Part shown: positions 39,641 to 45,287 of the stretch, in pieces
Numbering within the stretch: position 1 is the stretch's first letter
How the letters are laid out: every line of letters starts with the position of its first letter
DNA from: Myxococcota bacterium
GTDB lineage: Bacteria > Myxococcota > JACRCW01
Assembly: GCA_040752415.1 (NCBI GenBank)
Contig: JBFMGU010000063.1
Span: 1-45,287 of the forward strand
DNA length: 45,287 nucleotides
Reading direction: 5' to 3'
The notes under the pieces: generated by a model
What the model saw: only the letters and a program-made list of their open reading frames with translations
The model's database searches: none
What the model was told of the DNA's origin: nothing
Position numbers and translations under genes: made by a program

Positions 39641-41275
39641 TCACTGGCAGCCGGCTGGCAGCGGCGAGAAGTTCGCGTCGAAGCTGGCCACACAGGTCTT
39701 CAGCCCGGCTCCTGCCACGAGGCCGGCGAGTCTGCTTCCCCCCACACCAAGGCTACACCCCACGACGTTGCGAAGCGCGGCTCCGCCCTCAACATCGGAA
39801 TTCCGTACGTGCAGGATCACGTTGTCGTCGAGGCACTCGATCCCGTCATTGGTGCCTGGGGGAACGCCTTCCGCCGCTACCGAAGTACGGGTTACCAGGA
39901 CTTGACCCCCGCCAACCGAGCTGTCCTTCACCAGCACACCGTCCGCGTTGCCGTAGATACTGTCAGTTGCGAGAATGGTTCCTGAGTTCAGGGTCACCTT
40001 CTCTCCCTGCGTCGCGACGACCACAACCCCTTTGGCCGCTGCACCTGTCGCCTTGAACGAGAAATTCGCGACTCTTGCGGAGGACTCGGCAAAGGAAAGG
40101 GCCTCGTTGGTATTCCCCCCGTCGGAAACATCAATCTCCGCCCCTCGAAGTTCCACGTCAGACGACGACGCGAAGAATCCGACCTGGTACGCGGCCGTGC
40201 CGGTGCTCTGGATCCGGAGCGAATGAAGCAGGGCGGAGCATCTCTCCAGCCAGACAGCGTGCGTGCTCACGCCCGGATCAGTTGATGTCGTGGTGACCTG
40301 CAACCCCCTCGCGTTGACCACTGAACTCTGGACCGTCTCCCCCTCGATGAAGACGCCAGAGATCGTTCCCGCCCTTCCGCCGACGGAGATTGAGACATCC
40401 CGGAGCGCCACGGAGGCTGGACCCGTAGCTTGAACACCTGCAGAAAGAGTCGTCGCCGGCGCATCACCCGATGCGGTGAGAACGACATCCCGCAACGCCG
40501 CGCTGCCACCTCCCACGAGAAGAGCGACGGAGTAGGCGCGCCCCCCGCTATTCGCGACCGTCAGACCGCGCAGTTCGGCGGCCGGCGCCGTGATTACCGT
40601 GGCAGTCTCGCTGGTGTCAGCCCCGTGAGCGATTATGGTCGTAGCGCTGGCTCCAGAGCCCTCAATGTCGACGTACGCCTTCATGAGAAGCGAAGCGTCA
40701 CCCAGCTCGTATGTCCCAGGCTCGACCTTCAGCACATAGGGATTTGTCTCCGAAGCATCCGCGATCAATGCCAAGGCGTCGAGCAGCGCGGTTCCACTGG
40801 CCAACGGGTCGCCGGGCACCGGGCTGACGACGACCGTTCGGCGAAACAACGCCTTCGCATCGGGCGCGCAGGTCACAGTGCCATCTTGGCGAACCGAGGT
40901 GACGTAGGAACCGACCGGGCACTCCGCAACGATCCGCCGCTGAACGTAGGCGTCATCCACTTGGAGCGCGACACTCGGCCCGACCCCGCCGCTCGAGAGG
41001 CCAGGGCCGGCAACCACTTCAGTGATGCCCGGTGGAGGAATGGGTTCGCACGTCACCGTGCCGTCCGCACCAACAGCACGAATGGCGCTTCCCGCAGGAC
41101 AATCCCCGACGACCCGCTGCTGCACGACGCTCATGTCGACAGCAAGGCTGATTTCCCCGTCCGCGCCGCCACTCGACAACCCCATGCCGGCGTTTACGCC
41201 AGTGACATCACCCCCGGCCGGCAGCGCGCACTCCACCTCGCCGGTGACCGCGTCCTGGTGTGACCAGAGGCTCAC
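39641..41275 (-). pseudogene. N-terminally truncated paralog of the 37502-39631 protein
   Basis: Shares repeats and TVVVSPVPGD.LASG.ALL.A...I.DA.E.N.Y..K.EPG.Y.LG with its neighbour, but lacks the signal peptide and the first ~185 aa; no convincing RBS. Confidence 0.6.
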
Positions 41276-41579
41276 CGACGACGAACGCGCCTTCGTTCAG
41301 TTGGGTGGCAAACGTGCCCCCTCCACCCATCGTGGTCATGATCTGAGGTGGGGCGGCGCCACCGGAGGATGAGGACGCTGATGACGAAGAGGACGCAGGG
41401 CCATTCCCGGCGTCAGGTCGCGGCCCCTTGACGCAGACCTCTCGCTCGACGTCGCAATAATAGCCCTCCTCGCACTCGGAGTCCTGATGGGAGAAGCAGG
41501 TTGCGGCCTTGAAATAGTTGCACCCTACAGCGAAACCGGCGGCGAGCCACAAGAGTCCTTGGCGTAGGAATCCGTGCAT
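41208..41579 (-). CDS. Small Cys-rich lipoprotein with Ser linker, probably 3'-truncated
   Basis: GGAG RBS, lipobox AVGC, C..H.D.EC.EGYYCD....C module, poly-Ser; the tail after GEPL reads as out-of-frame sequence. Confidence 0.65.
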   Translation of the reverse strand: MHGFLRQGLLWLAAGFAVGCNYFKAATCFSHQDSECEEGYYCDVEREVCVKGPRPDAGNGPASSSSSASSSSGGAAPPQIMTTMGGGGTFATQLNEGAFVVGEPLVTPGRGHRRGGVRAAGRG

Positions 41580-41791
41580 CACGCTCCCCAACACTCCGTT
41601 GTCGGGGGTGTCTACCACAGGGCTATCGCGGTGCTCCACCCACGCCTTTCCTCACGGAGGGCACCGCGGAAGTGCGCTGGTGACGGTGGAGGGGGTGGCG
41701 AACAGGATGGGCGGGCCCTCGCGGGTTCGGCTGGTGCTGGCCGGCGACGTCGATGTGACGCTGGAGGTGTCGCCGAGCGTGCTGCGATGGC

Positions 41792-41917
41792 TGACGTGCG
41801 GACGCGGGTCATGCCGCAAGCGCGGAGGTGCTCCTTGGAGTCCTTGCCGATGAACTGCGGACCGTCGTCCGACATGATGCGCGGCTTGGCGTTGGGAAAG
41901 CGCTCTCGCGCCTTCTC
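41792..41917 (-). mobile_element. IS3-family transposase (rve core) fragment
   Basis: EKARERFPNAKPRIMSDDGPQFIGKDSKEHLRACGMTRVRTS resembles the IS3 SDNG.QF core, here degenerate (SDDG). No termini or full ORF. Confidence 0.75.
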
Positions 41918-41918
41918 G

Positions 41919-42102
41919 GGTCGTCCCGTCGAGGGACGGCGAGCCACCGGTCTACCCTGCCGGACCATCCCTGCAACGGACACTGAGGTTGCGACCAGCT
42001 TTCCGTCGTGACAGCGTCGCGCGTCATGGAAATCACCGTCGCGCGTGGTCAATCCCTGTGGTCCATTGCCAAGGACCGGCTCCCGCCCGGCGCCACGGAT
42101 GC
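41919..42102 (+). repeat. Right, intact copy of the ~180 bp direct repeat (upstream region and first ~25 codons of the LysM gene)
   Basis: Aligns with 36667-36845; starts immediately next to the IS3 fragment. Confidence 0.88.
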
Positions 42103-43354
42103 GCAGGTGGCCGCGGCGGTGGGGCAGGTGGCCCGGGCCAATGGGCTGTCAGCGGACGCTCGGCTCCAGGTGGGCCAGAAGCTGGTGGTGCCCGACGCCT
42201 TTGCCGGCGTGCTCACCTCCAACCCCACCACCGCCGACGCCATGGCGCGCCTGGGCTCGGGCAACCGCGTCAACGCCACGCTGTTCCGCGCGGGACAGAG
42301 CGCGGCGCCGCTCATCCCACTGAAAGCGCAATTCAATCCCACGCAGCGCGTGCCCGTCGGTGAGGTGGCGCTCCCGGACATTGCCGGCGTGAACGTGGCG
42401 GCGCGCCAGGAGCAGTTCCAGGGCGTGAAGAGCTTTGTGCATCCGTCCGCGTTCCTCACCGTGGATGCGCGCCTGGGCAAGCTCACGCAGTCCCAGTTTG
42501 ACGACGTCAAGAAGGCCTTTGGTGGCTGCTCCACCGTGAAGTTCGACCCGCAGCGCGAGTACACCGCGGTGGACTTCCTGCCTCCCAAGCTGCAGGCGCT
42601 GGTGAACCAGGACCTGGAGACCATGGAGCCGGTGACGCTGAAGGGCACCGCGCACATTGGCGCGGACATGAGCCCGGACCCGCAGGACCGCCAGGTGGGG
42701 CTCACCATGAACTGCCACGCCACGGCGTGGGAGGCGGCGCGCGCCTACCAGGGTCACGCCCAGGACGTCTCGGTGTTCTACGGCGAGATGATCACCATGG
42801 ACGCGCTCACCCACGACGAGCAGAAGTTCCAGGTGGTGGCGCAGCTGGAGGCCTCGCAGGTGGGGGAGCTCACCAAGCTGGATCTCCGGCCCGGGGACAT
42901 CATCCAGTTCCACGAGGTGTCCGACTGGGCGCGCATGACCATGCTGCTCCACTCCGCGGTCTACGCCGGCGGCGGCCTCTTCTTCGAGAAGCCCAACACC
43001 GAGGGACCGGAGAAGGCCGACCCCGCACGCTACGTCACGCAGGAGGAGACGCCGTTCCGCCTGGCCACCGCGGAGAGCATGGTGCAGCCGGTCAGCAACG
43101 TCGTGGAGGGCAAGTTCCGCGTCGAGGTGTTGCGTGCCAAGGGGCCGCTCGAGGAGCCGCGCGAGGCGTTCCGCTTCTCGCTCGCCGGGGACTTTGCCAC
43201 CTGGGCCGAGAAGAAGGGTCGCAAGCTGGGTGTGGAGCTGGTGGCCGAGCTGGAGCAGGGCATGGGCGGCAACATCCGCGCCGAGCACGCCAGCGCGCTG
43301 GTCACCGTGCCGCTGCGCACCCACGCGGATGGCACGTCGTCACTGCGGAGCTGA
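42026..43354 (+). CDS. LysM-domain protein with putative papain-like (NlpC/P60-like) C-terminal domain
   Basis: ITVARGQSLWSIA...ARANGL....LQVGQKLVVP (LysM); later MNCHATAW, LRPGDIIQF, LHSAVYAGGGLFFEK. No signal peptide. Confidence 0.82.
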   Translation: MEITVARGQSLWSIAKDRLPPGATDAQVAAAVGQVARANGLSADARLQVGQKLVVPDAFAGVLTSNPTTADAMARLGSGNRVNATLFRAGQSAAPLIPLKAQFNPTQRVPVGEVALPDIAGVNVAARQEQFQGVKSFVHPSAFLTVDARLGKLTQSQFDDVKKAFGGCSTVKFDPQREYTAVDFLPPKLQALVNQDLETMEPVTLKGTAHIGADMSPDPQDRQVGLTMNCHATAWEAARAYQGHAQDVSVFYGEMITMDALTHDEQKFQVVAQLEASQVGELTKLDLRPGDIIQFHEVSDWARMTMLLHSAVYAGGGLFFEKPNTEGPEKADPARYVTQEETPFRLATAESMVQPVSNVVEGKFRVEVLRAKGPLEEPREAFRFSLAGDFATWAEKKGRKLGVELVAELEQGMGGNIRAEHASALVTVPLRTHADGTSSLRS

Positions 43355-43495
43355 TGCCACGTGGGGGGCGGAGTCCGCCGGGCGCAGGCCGCTGCCTGGT
43401 GGCGCCCGCGCTGCCGGTTTCTCCGACGGGGCCGGAAAGGTTGGCCCGGGCCTCCATAGCGGCTAGCGTCCGGGCTTCACCCTGACGGGAACTGC

Positions 43496-45287
43496 ATGTC
43501 GTCACCTTCCATCCCCGGTCCCGCCGACGACGAGCTGGTGGGCAAGACCCTGCTGGACCGCTACCGCGTCACCGCGCGGCTGTGGCAGGGCAGCTCCGGG
43601 GCCGCCTACAAGGCGCTGCAGGATCCCGGCGGCCAGAAGTTCATCATCCGCGTCTTCCCGCCGGAGGTGGGCTCCGACGCCAACACCGCGCGCCGCTTCG
43701 AGCACGACGCGCGCGAGCTGACCGCGCTGGTCCATCCGAACATCATCAGCATCAGCGACTACGGCGTCACCCCGACGGGTCGGCGCTTCCTGGCCACGCC
43801 CTCCATGCTGGGGCTGAGCCTGCGGCAGCTGATTGCCAAGTACGCCCCCATGGAGCCCACCCGCGCCTGCGCCATGCTGATGCAGATGGCGCGCGCGCTG
43901 GTGATGGCGCAGCCGCGCGGCGTGATGCACGGCAACCTCAAGCCGGACAGCGTCATGGTGCAGCGGGAGCAGCGTCGCGACGTGGTGCGCGTGCTGGACT
44001 TTGGCGTGGCCCACCTCACGCGGCTGGCGCCCAACGCCCCGCGCACCGTCATGGGCACGCCCCGCTACATGGCGCCCGAGCAGATCCAGGGCCACCCCGA
44101 CGAGCCGCGCAGCGACATCTACGCGCTGGGGGTGATCTTCTTCGAGATGCTCACCGGGACCGCGCCCTTTGACGCGCCGGAGGGCGAGCAGATCGTCCGC
44201 AAGCACCTGGAGGAGAAGCCGCCGGCGCTGAAGGACCGCCCGCTCAAGGGTCCGGCCAGCCACATGCTGGAGGAGCTGGTGGCCCAGATGCTGCGCAAGG
44301 ATCCCGCGCAACGTCCGGGTCACGCGGACCTGCTGGAGGCGGTGGAGGCGCTGCCGGAGTACATCAACCCGGAGCTGGACAGCGCCGAGCTGCCGCTGCC
44401 GCGCGCGCCGCTCACCGACGAGGATCCCACCTCCCCCGCGCTCTCCCTGGAGGACGTCAGCGCCGCGTTGGGTGAGGACGGTCCGCGCCTGGAGCTGGCC
44501 ATGTCCCCGCGTGACCTCGGTGGCCCGGGTGTCGAGGGTCCCGCGCTGGGGCTGGGTGGGCCGGGCATCGCCATTGCGGACCGTCCGCCCTCCCGGGAGA
44601 TGCCGCTGCCGCGCGCGCGTGGTGGCGGCGTGGATCCGCGCCTGGTGGCGGGCGGAGCCGCGGGGTTGGCGCTGCTGGTGGGGGTGGTGGCGTTCTGGCC
44701 CTCGTCGTCGTCACCGCCGCCCGAGCCGGTGGAGGAACAGCCGGTGGCCGCGCCCGCTCCGTCGGAGCCCAGCGCAGAGGTGGACGTGGAGGGGATGCGC
44801 CTGGTGGCCCGCAAGAAGGCCGCTCCGCCACCTTCCAAGCCCGCCGCGGCTCCCGCCCCGACGAGCAACACGCCCGCCGGGGAGAGCAGGCTCATCAAGC
44901 TCTCCGTCACCTCCGACCCGCCCGGCGCGCAGGTCCTGGAAGGCCCCATCCCCCGGGGCGTCACGCCCGCGCAGCTGGTGTTGCCCCGCGGCAACGTGGC
45001 GCGCACCCTCACCCTGCACCTGGACGGCCATGACGACGTCACCCGCGTGGTGATCCCCGAGAAGGACGGGGAGCTGCACGTCAAGCTCACCCCGCGCGCC
45101 GCGGCGCCCGCTCCGTCGGAGAAGGGTGAGCCTCCCGTCGAGAAACCGGTGGAGGCGCGCGCCGAGGAAGCCCGTCCCGTCGAGCCCAGGGTCGAGGAGA
45201 AGCCCGCGCCCGCGGCTGAGGGGAAGCCCGAGGCCAAGGTCGAGGAGAAGGCCGAGGCCAAGGCGGAGGAGAAGCCCGTGGCAGCCG
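43496..45287 (+). CDS. Membrane Ser/Thr kinase-like protein (predicted pseudokinase) with PEGA-like domain; runs past the window end
   Basis: Translated by hand from ATG 43496: [46 protein letters not shown]; then TM helix [12 protein letters not shown] and [10 protein letters not shown] (PEGA). Absent from the ORF track because it has no stop in the window. Confidence 0.9.
   Translation, partial: MSSPSIPGPADDELVGKTLLDRYRVTARLWQGSSGAAYKALQDPGGQKFIIRVFPPEVGSDANTARRFEHDARELTALVHPNIISISDYGVTPTGRRFLATPSMLGLSLRQLIAKYAPMEPTRACAMLMQMARALVMAQPRGVMHGNLKPDSVMVQREQRRDVVRVLDFGVAHLTRLAPNAPRTVMGTPRYMAPEQIQGHPDEPRSDIYALGVIFFEMLTGTAPFDAPEGEQIVRKHLEEKPPALKDRPLKGPASHMLEELVAQMLRKDPAQRPGHADLLEAVEALPEYINPELDSAELPLPRAPLTDEDPTSPALSLEDVSAALGEDGPRLELAMSPRDLGGPGVEGPALGLGGPGIAIADRPPSREMPLPRARGGGVDPRLVAGGAAGLALLVGVVAFWPSSSSPPPEPVEEQPVAAPAPSEPSAEVDVEGMRLVARKKAAPPPSKPAAAPAPTSNTPAGESRLIKLSVTSDPPGAQVLEGPIPRGVTPAQLVLPRGNVARTLTLHLDGHDDVTRVVIPEKDGELHVKLTPRAAAPAPSEKGEPPVEKPVEARAEEARPVEPRVEEKPAPAAEGKPEAKVEEKAEAKAEEKPVAA

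Noticed and set aside
41670..41790. IS66 TnpA-like fragment (LVTVEGV...VRLVLAGDVDVTLEV)
   Set aside because: Resemblance too short and weak to call without a search.

Overview
High-GC bacterial chromosome segment, very likely Myxococcota: it has two MYXO-CTERM-like surface proteins, a Ser/Thr-kinase-like PEGA protein and many Ser/Gly-linker lipoproteins. From left to right: a complete nine-gene V/A-type ATP synthase operon (- strand, order G-I-K-E-C-F-A-B-D, 9216->1085); a glutaredoxin/NrdH-like membrane protein; two histidine kinases and a stand-alone receiver; an M36 metallopeptidase with six PKD-like repeats; a TetA-like MFS exporter; two paralogous beta-helix lipoproteins; a frameshifted TetR regulator; a pectin-acetylesterase/Notum-like lipoprotein; a lamin-tail/Ig-repeat adhesin; a ~5.2 kb decayed insert bounded by a ~180 bp direct repeat; a LysM + papain-like (NlpC/P60-like) protein; and a membrane pseudokinase that runs off the right edge. 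The most notable non-annotated signals are (1) twin promoter/operator boxes before the leaderless tetR and before the esterase gene, with tetR broken by a 2-nt loss in a CG run, (2) a 239 bp palindromic REPIN/MITE-like element, and (3) the insert that duplicates the 5' end of the LysM gene. No rRNA, intact tRNA or CRISPR array was seen. All family calls come from motif reading by eye, not database searches.
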